Assembly (NCBI GenBank): GCA_951406725.2
Contig: OX597824.1
Span: 18,352,001-18,416,000 of the forward strand
DNA from: Octopus vulgaris
Lineage: Eukaryota
Direction: 5' to 3'
Length of the DNA stretch: 64,000 bases
Both the position numbers and the translations under genes were made by a program. Below, in pieces: positions 40,242-54,917 of the stretch. The notes below the pieces were generated by a model. That model was given only the letters and a program-made list of their open reading frames with translations, did not search any database and was not told the DNA's origin. How positions within the stretch are numbered: the stretch's first letter is position 1; the number at the start of each line of letters is the position of its first letter.

Positions 40242-43086
40242 TGTTTCTTTATTAGCCACACAGGGCTGCACACAGACAGGACAAATTACAAGGTAGAGCT
40301 TTTCTTTTGAGGGTAAAAAAAGGGGGTTTGGTTTTCCATCAAAAGGGATCGTAAAAGGAAAGAAAGAGGACAAAAAAGGGGGAATAAAATTTAAAAAAAA
40401 AAGGGGGGGAATTTATCAATAGGGATCGTTATCACAGAAATGTCAATATGAAGTGTAAAGGGGAGGACAGGTGAGGTTTACCCGTGGAAAGAAAAGCCTA
40501 CGGAAAAGACCACGGTAACCTCGGTCAATGAAGTCATGTTATATTTCTTCTTTTTTTTTTTTTTGCAAATAAGCAACTCTCTGTATTACATTTTATTGTT
40601 CATAGAATCATAGTCACGGTGGCTTCGTCATTCATACGTGCCATCCTTGCTACATTCACCCATCTTTTTTTTAAAACATTCACTAGACAAAACTTGCCGC
40701 TCTACTCTCACTTTCCTCTTCAAGTGATACTTGACGAAGTTGATGAGAGATTGACCAGAGAGGAAAGTGTTTGTCTTTAATCCTTTCAGGCGCGTCCGCC
40801 AGATACATTCTTTCGCCATAGCCACAAGTATGATAAAAATAGCTCTTCCTTCCCGTTTGAAGGAAGGGGGCGTGACGATATTAACGATAGACTCGGCTGA
40901 TAAACCGACACGTCCCACGCGTGACAGCAGTCGTTCGACATAAGCCCACAGGTCGGAGATTGTTGGACACTGCACGATTGCGTGCAGAACGGTTTCATCG
41001 CTCTGCCCGCATCTCGGCCCCGTGTTTCTCGAGCCATGCCTATAGAGCTTATCCTGAACGGGTAGCGCTTCTCGGTTGCACCGCAAGGCCAGGGATCTCT
41101 GGAAGTTGTCCATAGGTCCCGGCCCGAAAGTCGTTTCAAACAGGCGGGTCAGGTATTCCTCGTCGACGCCTAGGTTTGCCCCAAGATCGTCGTCGTACCT
41201 CCCCTCCACTAATCCCCTATAGAATGCTTTGGTTGTGTTGAAGTCAGTCAAGGTCGACCTGGGACGGCAGAGTTGCTTGAGAGCAACGCGACACTCGCGG
41301 TTCCATTCGCCCTTCCTCGGCCTCTTTTTGATCCACGACTGCAGTTCGGTCATGGAGACGAGCTGCGGGAACGCGTGCCTCAGAAACGGCGACCACACCT
41401 GTTCACCGTCGTCTACATAGAGCCGGAGATGTCGCAGTCTCAGCGCGTGTCTGCACATCATCAACCATGGCATGCCCAGCCCTCCTTTTAACGGGTGTTG
41501 ACAGCAAACGGATCGCCTGACCATCGGGACGCATCCTTTCGACAAGAAGCGGAAGAGAATGCGTTCTAGTTTGGTGATGGTAGGGTCGGGACAAGGCACG
41601 ACGGTCAGGCGGTAGTAGATGATGGACGCGATGTACGTGTTCGCCACCTCCGCCCGACCTTTTAGGGACAGTTTCCTCTCGGCCCATTGCCGGGCGAGTG
41701 TGACCACCCTACTCGTTATCTCGTTCCAGTTCTTCTCCATTTGGAGGTCCGGACCGAACCAGACCCCGAGCAATTCAACCGGGCCGTCTGTCCAGCGTCC
41801 CACAACGGAGGTACTGGTGGACGGCATGGGCTTGCTTCTCCAGGTGCCGAGCCGCAAGCCCACTGACTTTTCCCGGTTGATTTTTGCTCCTGTCACCGCT
41901 TCGTAGTCTTTCAGTGTCTCGCTGACCAGCTCGATGTGCTCGTGGCTTGACACTATGACGGTGAAGTCGTCCGCGTATGCAGACACGCTCGACCCGCATC
42001 CCAATTCTCGCGGGATGCCCCTCAGAGACGCCAGCTTCCGCAGTAGTGGCTCAAGAGTCAATACGTATAGAAGCGCCGAGAGGGGGCATCCCTGACGGAC
42101 CGAACGTGCAATGTCGAAAGGTCTCGATAGATGTCCATTCACGCGAATTACCGAACGAATGCCTCTGTACAAGGCAGCTATCCAGCCGCGGAAGACAGGA
42201 CCGAAACCAGCCGCTCTCAGGACTGCCTCCAAGTATCGATGGTCTACCCTATCGAAGGCTTTCGATTGATCCAAATTGATCAGGGCCCCACCCATGCCAG
42301 GTTCCTTAACTACTCTGTCTATGATGTAGCGCATCAGATGGAGGTTGTCATGGATGATCCGGCCCGGTACGGCGCACGTTTGTGCGTTGTCGACCAGTTT
42401 CTCGGTGACAAGCGCCAACCTCTTGGCTAACACCTTTGTCAAAATTTTCAGGTCTGCATTGAGCAGAGTGATTGGTCTAAAGTTATCTATAATGTTCCCC
42501 TTGTTTGGATCTTTCTTCAGCAGCGTTACGACTCCTCGACTCACAAAACCGGGTAAGCTCCCGTTTTGCTGCCAGTTGCAGTATACCGCTGCCAAGACGT
42601 CTCCAAACAAGTCTGGCATACAATTGTAAAACTTGTAGGGCAGACCATCCAAACCTGGCGATTTGTCTCTCGAGCATTCTGCCATCGCGTCCCGCACATC
42701 CGCCTCCGTGATGGTACCTTCGCAGCACTCTGCCTCTCTTGCCGAGAGTCGTGGTAGGCTGCGCAGGTAGGCACTGAAGTCCACCCTGCGTTCACGCTCG
42801 CCACTCGTCCCGTACAGTCGGGCAAAGTGCCGCTGAAATGTCTCGCACATCTTGCTGGGCTCGAGCAATTCGCACCCTTGTTCATCTACCAGATACCGAA
42901 TGGTGGCTTTGTTGCCCTGCTGTGCCTCCGCCACCCGGGCCTCCCTCGCGGCTCCAACACCTTCCATCCTTAGAGCACGCATCCTTGCCCTGACAGCACA
43001 CCCTTCGTGTTTGGCGTTGAAGTGTTGGTCAAGGGCCAACCTTGCCGCTAAAACGTCGGATTTGATGCCGCTTCTTATTGCCTCTG
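40241..43086 (-). mobile_element. 5'-truncated Tx1/L1-group non-LTR retrotransposon (RT + C-terminal zinc finger + 3' UTR), embedded in (GATA)n
   Basis: GC-rich island with a long minus-strand ORF; 3' UTR about 40241-40620; (GATA)n directly on both sides; no endonuclease domain or ORF1 left. Confidence 0.9.
40628..43039 (-). pseudogene. LINE ORF2 remnant (reverse transcriptase + zf-RVT-like region), 803 aa, lacking the APE endonuclease
   Basis: Motifs KSPGLDGLP, NFRPITLLNADLKIL, LDQSKAFDRVDH, VRQGCPLS, AYADD, GGLGMP and PRCGQSDETVLHAIVQC. The frame stays open upstream to about 43086. Probable frameshift in the T-run near 40670. Confidence 0.9.
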
Positions 43087-43099
43087 ATAGATAGATAGT

Positions 43100-43157
<58 letters not shown>

Positions 43158-44225
43158 TGTATATAAACTTAAACATTGTTTTATTAATACATTTTTAGCG
43201 TGCCACTACGTTGCTTCATTATGCTTAGGTTTTAGATGCTATCTTCAATTTCGTTCCGTTTGTTGATAGTGTAAACTTTGAACACACATAGAGCATGCAT
43301 TGTATCTGCTGTTAGTTTTGTATATACGTATGTGCACATTTTAAAGTAAACACTAGTTCCTTCCTAGAGAAACAGATTTCAATACATCATTTGTATAGAT
43401 GTTTAGATGTCCTTTCATATGAATATACGTGGGCATTTTGTTCGTGGTGTGAGTTTTGTATATGATTCTCTTAGCCAGTATGTATTTTCATTGCCTCTCG
43501 ACATGTGTCTAAGAAAGCATGAATGAGTAATATACAACAGAACAATCGTGGGAATTTCACAGTTATTTTGAAAACTAAAAAGATTTTAGAAATTTATACA
43601 AAAATATAACAAGCAAAATTTCTTTGGAATAGATATTTCTTCTGAAGCGCTTTATACCTGAGATGGAGTAAAGTTCACATAAGTGGTACGGGATGCACCA
43701 TTATAGGAGAGAACATCTTTGAATACTACATTCCATAAGATACACTTATCACCTATTCTACCTTGACAGTTATTATCTTTAAGACAGTTTATATCTTTAA
43801 GACAGGATGTTAACTACATTATCTATCGAATCGAAGATATAATCCGTCTGTACAATTATTTCGCAGCAACCCGAGTACAATATAATTCAGCTTAGTAATT
43901 CTGAAAAAAAATTCTACACTATACTTTTTTGTCATTACAAAGAACTACATACGCTGATGTCACATTCCCGATATAAGAAATAAAGCGTGGGACAAGTGCA
44001 TTGTGGGAGTAACAAAGAAAATATATTCTGTAATAAATGTGTGTGTGTGTGTCTGTGTGTGTGTGTTCTTGTGTAGCTTGTATAATTTATAATCATAATG
44101 TCCTACTCTCTTGCCTCGCGAATAACATAACTATTGTTATGTATGGGAGATGATAGATTCCATTTTGTTCCGTAGATTTATTAAACGATTATATGCGTTG
44201 TTTGTTGCGGAATAATACCCTTGTG

Positions 44226-44262
<37 letters not shown>

Positions 44263-44401
44263 AATCGTGTGCGTGTGTATCGTGGGTGTGTGTACGCATA
44301 CTGTATAGATACAACCAGGTACAAATGTGCACATAATACAATATACAGTACGGTAGAGTTACGTGTGTGAAGTGCGTGAATGCATATATATATATATGAA
44401 C

Positions 44402-44499
<98 letters not shown>

Positions 44500-44799
44500 A
44501 TGTATATATATATATATATATATGCCTCTGTGTCTGTGTATGTGCGTGCGTGCGTGTGTGTGTATGTGTTTGCACATATGCATATATATACACAAACGCA
44601 CATGTGTACGTGTGTGGGGGGATGGGTGGGGTGCATGTATGATATATGTATGTGTAACGTATATACATATATGCGTGTGTGTGCGTGCGTGTGTGTATGT
44701 ATTTGCACTTGTACATATATATACACAAACGCACATATGTGTACGAGTGTGTGTGGGGATGGGTGGCATGCATGTATGATATATATGAATGTGTAACGA

Positions 44800-44843
<44 letters not shown>

Positions 44844-45520
44844 ATTTATGCATGCAACATACATTTACATCTTCATACACACATACACACTCCTGCATAT
44901 GAGATACACACTGAGACACACATCGTTTTCATCTGTGTATGTTTGTGCTTAACTGGTATCCACTTATTTCTCTCTTCCTTCCTTTCTTCCTTGTAAATAA
45001 CAACTTCCATGAAAATTAAGATGCGTACAAACGTATTTCAACGGTGCTCTAAGCCTTTTACATCATATAAACAATAAAAACCACTGGAAATACGTGAATT
45101 CTACTGAAGTTCCTTTGCACGCAACCCATAGACAGATACCACTGTGAGTTTACCAATATCTGTGATTCCATATGTATTTCCAGGGTTGATTTATTTATCC
45201 AAATGCATGTAAGAATATTCGGCAAAGAAACAAAGATAAACAAAGATAAGAAATAAAGCTACTGGTTTACTTTAAATGAAAACAGACTCAAATTGAATAT
45301 ATTTTTAAGCAAGAATATAAAAAGAGTTGGCATGAAAATTATTATTATTATTTTTTTTTTTTTTCGAAAAATATGTATCTTTTCTGACAATGGTAAAGAG
45401 ATGTGGGATCAAAATATATGTTATTAAGATTTCCAGCTTTTTATTTATCTCAGTATTCTGTTTTTCTCTCACATACTTTCTCTTTCGCTTTCTCTCTCTC
45501 TCTCTCTCTCACACACTCTA

Positions 45521-45563
<43 letters not shown>

Positions 45564-45704
45564 CGCTTCTCATTTTTCTATCCCGTTCTCTTTATCTCTG
45601 TCAAGCCCCCATCGTGTATGTATGTGCACATGTACGTATGCATGCATTCATATATGTGTATAGGTATATATATATATATATATATATATGCGTGTGTATG
45701 TGTA

Positions 45705-45746
<42 letters not shown>

Positions 45747-46012
45747 AGTATGAGCATATTGGTATGTGTGAGTGTATATGTATATATATATATATATATG
45801 TGTGTGTGAGTGCATGTATAAACATACATAAACTTACATGCGGTTATAGATATAGGTTTTTATGAATGCATACTTATATACATGATTGTATATGTGTTTG
45901 TGGAATCTATGTAAGTACCTATGTATATATATATATGTGTGTGTGTGTACCTATATGTATATATATATATGTGTGTGTGTGTGTGTATGTAAACATATAT
46001 ATACATAACTAC

Positions 46013-46049
<37 letters not shown>

Positions 46050-46740
46050 ATATATGTATATACATATATACACACATAGGTATATATATACACACATGTG
46101 TGTGTGTGCGCGTGTGTGTAGGTGTAGGTGCGTGTGTTTTTATTTTGGAGTTCTTGGTGGCAAAAATATTTCATGGACAAGACATATATACAAATGAGAG
46201 TATATGATAATGGCTACAAGAATACACTACGAGAAAGGAACGCATGTCGAAAAAGAGATATCAATTTGATACGTATATGCTTTTAAGATTATAAATATAT
46301 ATGTGTATGAGAGGAGGTAATGTGTGTTTATATATGCATCTGTGTATGTGCGTGCGTGGGTATTTGTGAATAGTCGGTTTTTTCTTTTATTATCTCGTAT
46401 CTCGTCTTTATATTTTACTTCAACACACGTACTTATCTCTTGGTATCTATATGTATATTATCTTTGGTTTATCCTTACATCTATGTACGTATGTACATGA
46501 TGTGTGTTTGTATATATATATATGTATATATATGTGCGTGTGTGTGTATATATATATATATATATATGTAGATATATATATATATATATAAACTCACATA
46601 CATACGTATATGAATGTATGTATCTGTGTATTAGCCTGATTCGAGGACAAAGAATTGAACGCAGAGAGTGACAAAGAGAAAAATATGGCGAATGCAATTT
46701 TACTGAGATAGTAAGGGGGGGGAGTTATTAGTGTTACAAT

Positions 46741-46841
46741 CGTCATCACCAGCATCATCATCATCATCAACATCATCATCATCATCATCATCGTCGTCAT
46801 CATCATCGTCATCATCATCATCATCATCATCATCGTCATCG

Positions 46842-46881
<40 letters not shown>

Positions 46882-46908
46882 CACATCATCTTCAGTATCA
46901 TCGTCATC
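46741..46908. repeat. (CAT)n trinucleotide tract
   Basis: Direct reading. Confidence 0.95.
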
Positions 46909-46911
46909 AAC

Positions 46912-46992
<81 letters not shown>

Positions 46993-47210
46993 CTTTTTCA
47001 AATTATCTTGAAACTAAAATTTCAGAAACGTGAACGAGTCTTTGTCATCTGATAAGAAAGTTGGTTTTATGGCATTTCCTTGAAAAATTTCTCGCTATTT
47101 TCTTGTTTCGTGGTGTTGAACTGTTTCTTTACCACCTTACCATTCCTTCTAAGTGTCTCTGGTTATCTTTTCACAATCTCCCTCCCATTCTCTCTCTCTC
47201 TCTCTCTTTT

Positions 47211-47270
<60 letters not shown>

Positions 47271-47760
47271 ACTCGCATCCTCTATCGTTTCGACATTTTC
47301 ATTCCGTCTTCTCTTGTATCTTTCTCATTTACTTCTATTTTACTTTCTCTCTACATTTCTCTCTTCCTCCCTCTCTATCTTTCTTACTCTCACTGTGTTA
47401 TTTTACAATTTCTTTTTTATCTACGACAGTTACCGCTTACACAAGTGCTAAATCGCAATAGCTGAAAACGTTACTAAATGTAAATGTTTAAAAATCCATC
47501 TACAGCGCCGGTGAATGCATGCGTACCTTGAAACACACTCCCCACAATTGTGTGTACGTATGTGTGTGTGAGTGTTTGCTTGTATGAATATATATATAAT
47601 GCCTTATAATTCAACACACTCACCGGTAAAATTTCCACTTATTTCTTATTTTTATTTTTCTAAAATTTTCGTTGCGTCTTGCAACCTTTTCAATAGTCTT
47701 GACTCTGTCCGTTACTTACACTGCGTTCCTTTTTGTTTGTTTGTGCGCATGTGTGTGGGT

Positions 47761-47852
<92 letters not shown>

Positions 47853-48328
47853 CTACGCATGCCTGCATATACGTGTGTATGTATGTATGCATGTAAAATA
47901 AAATAAAAATAAGAAATAAGTGGAAATTTTACCGGTGAATGTGTTAAGTTATAAGACACAAAAAGAAAGCAAAAGAAAGTGACTCTTCCCAAACACAACA
48001 GAATATGATTCAACACACGAACTCATATAAAGAATCTTGCAAACCAAATCCAAAACCGAAATATATATATATAATTATATACACACACAAAAATGAAAAG
48101 AAAATGGAGATTTACGATTGGCACATTTTAATTTATTAACATATTATATTCTTATTATTATACTATAATACAGTATAATATAAATATAAATATTATTATC
48201 CTACAAGTGTTTCAATTCAGACTCAATAATATATAAATTTCTTAAAATTTATGTTTATGGGTTTAGAATCTCATCAAGGAAATATTTGACAAAAATTACA
48301 TATGAGGATTTATAGATCTTAGAAACAG

Positions 48329-48549
48329 ACTGAGGGGTTACTGAAAATCTCCTGGCTCTAAGGGTTTTGCGAAAGGTCTGGTTGGAGGCCCAGCCTTCTG
48401 AATTCTTTCACAGTGCTTAGAAAAACTTAAGGGCCATTGCAATATGTGTTTAGATCTAAGAGGTTAATATGCTGAGTTAAATCATAATTAACTGATCCTC
48501 CTGTATTTCCTTTTACCTAAAGCCTGGAACTTTTCTGCAACCCTCGTAT
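48329..48549 (+). mobile_element. Mariner-derived MITE
   Basis: Imperfect TIRs gaggggttactgaaaatctcctgg / cctggaacttttctgcaaccctcgta; homologous in the opposite orientation to 58013-58589. Confidence 0.6.
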
Positions 48550-48706
48550 ATAGGCGTGGGCTTGCTGTATGGTAAGAACCTTACTTCCAACCACATGAAT
48601 CCGGGTTGAGTCCCACAGCGTAGGATTTCGTAGGATCTTCTACTATAGCCTCGGGTCGATTAAAGCCTTGTCAGTGTATTTGGTAGACGGAAACTGAATA
48701 GAAACT

Positions 48707-48772
<66 letters not shown>

Positions 48773-50984
48773 TATATATATATATATAAGATGGGTTTCT
48801 ATATATGTATACATGTGAGTGAGTGTGTGTGTGTATGTGTGTGGTTGCGCTTTCCCCCACCACTGCTTGACGACCGGTGTTGGTTTGTGTCCCCTTAACG
48901 GTTTAACAAAGTTAAATTAGAAGTAGGTGAAATAAATATTGCAGGCTTACGTTCATACATACAAAACTTTGAGAAACTTTCAATTGTGCGAAGATGATGG
49001 AAGCAGGCATTGTAATAAAATGTTGAGTTTATATAAAGTATGGAAAATAATGCAATGCTCGTGTATCAAAGCTTAAAATAAATTATTATATATTTTAAAA
49101 TACAATGGCTTTAGAATATTTTATATTTCTGAAAGTCAATCTATAATTTGGAATGAATTGTAACCATTATTGAACAATGAACTATTAGAAAATATATTTG
49201 ACATGGTTCTGAGGTGCATAGCGGGCAAGGTGTTCTTGTGAACCCTGAGTTGCTTGAAAGCTGACATTTTGCAGATAATATTCACTGGAGTTTTGATACA
49301 CTTTAAACATATATGTGATCTAAAAAGTTACAATTTCTACATGCACGTTCGTGCTGAGTGAATCTTTTTCTTTCTCTTTTGAAATGATTCTTGTATACAC
49401 TTATATGAGAAAGGAAATCCAGAATGGTGTTTGCTGTGCTGCGGTTGAGTAATTCTTTTAAATGATAACTTTCTGTGTGGGACGTGTATAGTAATACTCT
49501 CTATGAATCGTTCTAGAAAGAAGCATAGAAAATGAATTAATCTAATAATTCTAAACCCTGTAAATAAACATTTTTGTAAATTTTTGCAGAAACTTTTACC
49601 ACCTAATCATAATTTTCATAGCCAAAAACGTTAGCCTTTTTTTTCCAACAGCCAACAATTTTCCATAAGCTTTAGCTAATTCTAATCTCTTCAAATTAGA
49701 AATGAAGCTTAACAACCAACATAAAATTTTAATTGTATTAAAAATTTAAAAAATTAGTGCGCCTTCCCTTCATGGAAATTGTCAGGCAATGAACAAGCTT
49801 ATATTTTCGATGTTATTTTCATGTATCTTATATTTGTCAACTTTCGCCATTTTTATAAATCGTTTGGAACCTTGTTTTATATAGCATTTGGTACTTTGTA
49901 ATATCTGAGAGATTGTCGTAAGAAAATTTCAGTTACATAATTCCTCTAATCCCATTGACACCTGGTATTTTGATAAAGATTATTTATTATTTTAATAAAG
50001 CTTTTTGCTCACATAACACTGTTTATATGTTATCTTTTCTATGTTTTGTGTCTTACTATTACATAATTATATTTATTTTCTTTCGTATAACATTATCATT
50101 TTTTTTTATTTTAAGAATATTTTATTTCTTACATTTTAGATTGATATTTATAAACTATTGGTATTTTCTGCCTATTGTCTTTACCCTTTAACATCCGTTT
50201 AATGGAGACTGTTTTTGTAAGATTTTTTTTACAGTTTGTTACAAAATGAGACACATATTAATCGGATTTGCTCAAAGTTACTTCTAACACACACACACAC
50301 GCACACACACACACACACACGCACACACACACAAACACACCCGTACAAATCTAACTTATATCTGTGTCTGTAAATGAGTATGTGTGAATAATGTACATGT
50401 GTGTATGCATTTATGTATGTATGAATATATTTATGTGTGTGTGTGTGTGTATCTGTGTATGTATGCATGTTTTAGCAACCAAATTTTGAGGTTCTTCTAT
50501 AAAGTTATATAATTATACTGCTTGTTTTCTTCTTTGAACAACTATTCTTCAGTATTTTTGATGTTGTTTTTCTCTTCCGTAAGAATTATGTAGCAAGACA
50601 AAACCGCTACTTCGTAAAATGACGTCTGCTTAAAATACTAAATTTCTTTATTATATAAATATTTCTATTTCATGCTTATTGGTTCCGATACATCACATAA
50701 TATATTCCCTCTATAATTTTAGCTTTAATGTTGTTCTTTTCTTTTGTCGTTTACTTATCCCAGGCATTAGATTATGGGATTGCTGGGCCACCTGCTTCAA
50801 GAACGTTTTTGTCGAACGGATCACATACAGTACCGTGTTTTCCTTAAATCTTGGTACTTATTATGTCGGATTCTGTTGCTGAACTGGTAAGTTACAAGGT
50901 CGTAAACACAACACGCTAGTCGTCAAGCGATGATGGGCACAAACTCAAACGCAAATACACACACATGCATACATATCCATATAT

Positions 50985-51072
<88 letters not shown>

Positions 51073-51361
51073 TACTAATGGGCGCATGTATTTCATTTAT
51101 TTCTATTCGTATTTTCTACTGACGAGGAAAAAATGTATTATGAGATTAATTCCAAAATCGATTCAATATAGAAATAACGAACTTTTTTATAAAATTCTGT
51201 TGGCTAGCTTTCCTCGATTTCAGCACAACGTATTTCTGTAGCGAGTATACAATATGTGGAAATTGACGAGTTAAAAGTCTGTTATCAGCATATTGGATGT
51301 CTTGCAAACAACATCCAATATGCTGATACAGACTTTTAGAAATTAATTTTCTTATTTATAA

Positions 51362-51487
<126 letters not shown>

Positions 51488-52297
51488 ATATAAATAAATA
51501 AATATAAGAGAGTGGTCACTATTTGTTTCAACCACAAAAATACCCGATTGTTAGCTCACACGGACAGGGCAAATAAAAAATAACAAATACAGATTATAAG
51601 TTATATATATGTAATTTTACTTACAATAAAAATCCACTTGTAGCTCTTCAGCCAAAACTATCTGGATGAAATCCACTCAATCACACGCCAGATTTTACAG
51701 AATAGATATACTATTAAATTAGTATCTAATTCTCTCACCCTTATTAATTAATTATATATATATATATATATATATAGGTTTCGTTCACGAGTTAAGCAAA
51801 TTAATTGAGATTCAGATTGATTAGTTACTTAAGTTGAGGCACCCAAAAATTTGTGCGGTATTATCCGTGCAATTTCAAAATAAGGTCAATAAAATCAAAA
51901 TAGGAACATCAGTTGCATTGTTCAATTAAATAGAGCCGCTTGAAACAGTCATACTGCATCACCTCTGGAAATCCTGTTACTTATTTTGATTTTATATATA
52001 GGGACGATGGACTACTTTCAGTTTCCATTTTCAAAATTTACTCGCAAGAGATTGGTCAGCACGTGGCTATAGCAGGAGACACTTAAGCTGCCACGTATGG
52101 GACTGAACCCGGAACAATGTGCTTGAGAATGAAGCTTCATACCACAAATCTAACTTTATTTAGATACTTTTAGCTCAACAGCATTTCATTATTTCTCTTC
52201 TTCATTTCAATTTTCTCTTAAGTTTGGAATTAAATTTTCCTGTAATCATTTAATCTAAACAAATAAGTTATATATATACTATACAATAATACTTATC

Positions 52298-52410
52298 AGT
52301 AGAAGTGGCTGTGTGGTAAGTAGCTTGCTAACCAACCACTTGGTTCCGGGTTCAGCCGATCAAAGCCTTGTGAGTGGATTTCGTAGACGGAAACTGAAAG
52401 AAGCCTGTCG

Positions 52411-52441
<31 letters not shown>

Positions 52442-52656
52442 GTGTGTTTGTGTGTCTGTATTTGTCCCCCTAGCATTGCTTGACAACCGATGCGGTGTGT
52501 TTACGTCCCCGTCACTTAGCGGTTCGGCAAAAGAGACCGATAGAATAAGTACTGGGCTTACAAAGAATAAGTCCGACGGGTCGATTTGCTCGACTAAAGG
52601 CGGTGCTCCAGCATGACCGCAGTCAAATGACTGAAACAAGTAAAAGAGTAAAAGAG
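52298..52656 (+). mobile_element. SINE family A with an internal deletion in the head
   Basis: Matches 37262-37668 except about 50 bp after the B-box. Confidence 0.88.
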
Positions 52657-52778
52657 TATCTCTCTTCATACAAACTTTCAAGTTTTAAAGGATTCTTTGT
52701 TCGGGGTTTTATTAACAAGAAACAAAACTCATTTCTGCTTAAATAGAAACATATTGCTCTCACTGCTATTATTGGTCT

Positions 52779-53251
52779 TACTCTTTTTTTCTTTTACTTG
52801 TTTCAGTCATTTGACTGTGGCCATGCTGGAGCACCGCCTTTAGTCGAGCAAATCTACCCCAGGACTTATTCTCTGTAAGCCTAGTACTTATTCTATCGGT
52901 CTCTTTTGACAAACCTCTAAGTTACAGGGTCGTAAACACACCAGCATCGGTTGTCAAGCGATGCTGGGGGGACAAACACATACACACACACGTAAATATA
53001 TATATGTATATATGACAAAACAAGACAAGATAGAAAATGCTAAAATAATTTTATAAAGAACATTTCAGTACAGGTTTCGGTCATTTTGAGACCTTTTCAA
53101 CTGTAACGATTAAATAATTAAATTTAGAAAAATTAAAAGAAAAAGTTTTCTAAAGGAATATTTGTATAGTGTTCAAATATAAGTGGCATTTTCCTTGTTT
53201 CTGCCTTTCTCTGTCTCTCTTGTTTACACTTGTGGTTTCGAGGTCGTTGTG

Positions 53252-53306
<55 letters not shown>

Positions 53307-53500
53307 TTTGTGTGTATGTATATATATACATATATACGACGGGCTTCTTTCAGTTTCCGTCTACCAAATCTACTCGTAAGGCTTTGGTCGGCCCGAGGCT
53401 ATAGTTGAACACACTTGCCCAATGTGCCACGCAGTGGGACTGAACCTGGAGCCATGTGGTTGGTAAGCAAGCTACTTACCACACATCCACTCCTACCCCT
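52779..53500 (-). mobile_element. SINE family A with a nested Penelope-like insert
   Basis: Tail half 52779-52985 and head half 53330-53500. Confidence 0.88.
53013..53255 (-). mobile_element. Penelope-like element nested in a SINE, with variant hammerhead motif
   Basis: cag-TTGAAAA-ggtc(tcaaaat)gacc-GAAACCTGTA-ctg at 53066-53103; inserted in the internal (TA)n of SINE 52779-53500. Confidence 0.5.
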
Positions 53501-53942
53501 ATTTAAAAAATGAAATAAACTTGATATCTTTAGAAATTTGCAATATCAAAATATTTTAAATTTACATCTTTCAAAATAATTTTTGAAATATCATTCATGA
53601 TTCAATTGTAACATGTTACTAGGGAAGGAAGAGCAGCGAATTTAATCGTTTCGCTGTATCTTTTGATTGTAAGCGTTTCAGTCATTATATTGCAACAATG
53701 ATGGGCACCACATTGACAGATTTTACTCGAACAAATCAACCACAGTATTTATATGTCTTTTTTTATAAATTCTGGTAATTGATCTGTCGATTCTTTCATG
53801 TGGAACCATGCGGTTGGGAAAGCAAATTTCTTAACACACAGCCACGTCAGTGCTAAGATAATGATATTTTAGAAAGTACAAATTCAACATTTTTTATTAT
53901 TGCATATCATAAATATATATATATATATATGTATATATATGC

Positions 53943-54052
<110 letters not shown>

Positions 54053-54099
54053 ATATATATATACATATATATATACATATATATATACATATATATATG

Positions 54100-54173
<74 letters not shown>

Positions 54174-54917
54174 GAATGTTCTTTCAATATGTTTGGATTG
54201 TGACCAGCTGTGTGTTAATGGGTGTATATGATGTAATGAATGTATTGTTAAAAAAGTTGGATGTTTTCTTCTTTTGGGGACATGTGTGTGTGTGTGTGTA
54301 TACATACATGATTTGGTTTTTTGATTTTGATTTTTCCAGTTTCAGCTCATGAGCTGTGGCCATGCTGGGGCACCGCCATTTTATGAAATCATGTGATGAA
54401 CTATATTATAATATATTCCTTGAATACTGTTTCGAAAAACATCCGGTTGACAGGTAACTGGCTTGACTGTAAAGTTACACAATGTAAGATCACCAAAGTG
54501 GGTGGCCTTGAATTGTGAGGTGCTTTTGGTGTGGTTGTTAGCACAGGCATTTGGTTGACTGGGACGCAGGTTCCGAATTCCGCTCATGATGTTATCTACT
54601 TTCCCATTTCCTTCATCGTCCATGAGTCAATAACGTAATTATGAATCAGAATCAGCGAGCACGAATGTCTGAAACTTTTGAATTAGGTATACAATAAATA
54701 TAAAAATCCATCTGATGAGCTGCTGTTCAAATTCCATCTAGTTACCTTCGCCCACAAAGTATGGGTCGACATTTGCCTAAGATAGAAGAGTCGTCAAGTT
54801 TTTGGCTGCAAAATGAGCTTCTTAACCATTCGACTATTCTGTACCTGCATACGAACACATGTACACACACACACACACACACACATACACACAGACAGAT
54901 GTATATGTACATATATA

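Noticed and set aside
40786-43094. Many short overlapping ORFs on both strands
   Set aside because: Shadow frames of the GC-rich LINE ORF2
46594-47033. Poly-D/M/S ORFs suggesting an acidic matrix protein
   Set aside because: Pure (CAT)n microsatellite between other microsatellites
54711-54750. CTGATGA hammerhead-like word
   Set aside because: No stem II followed by GAAA
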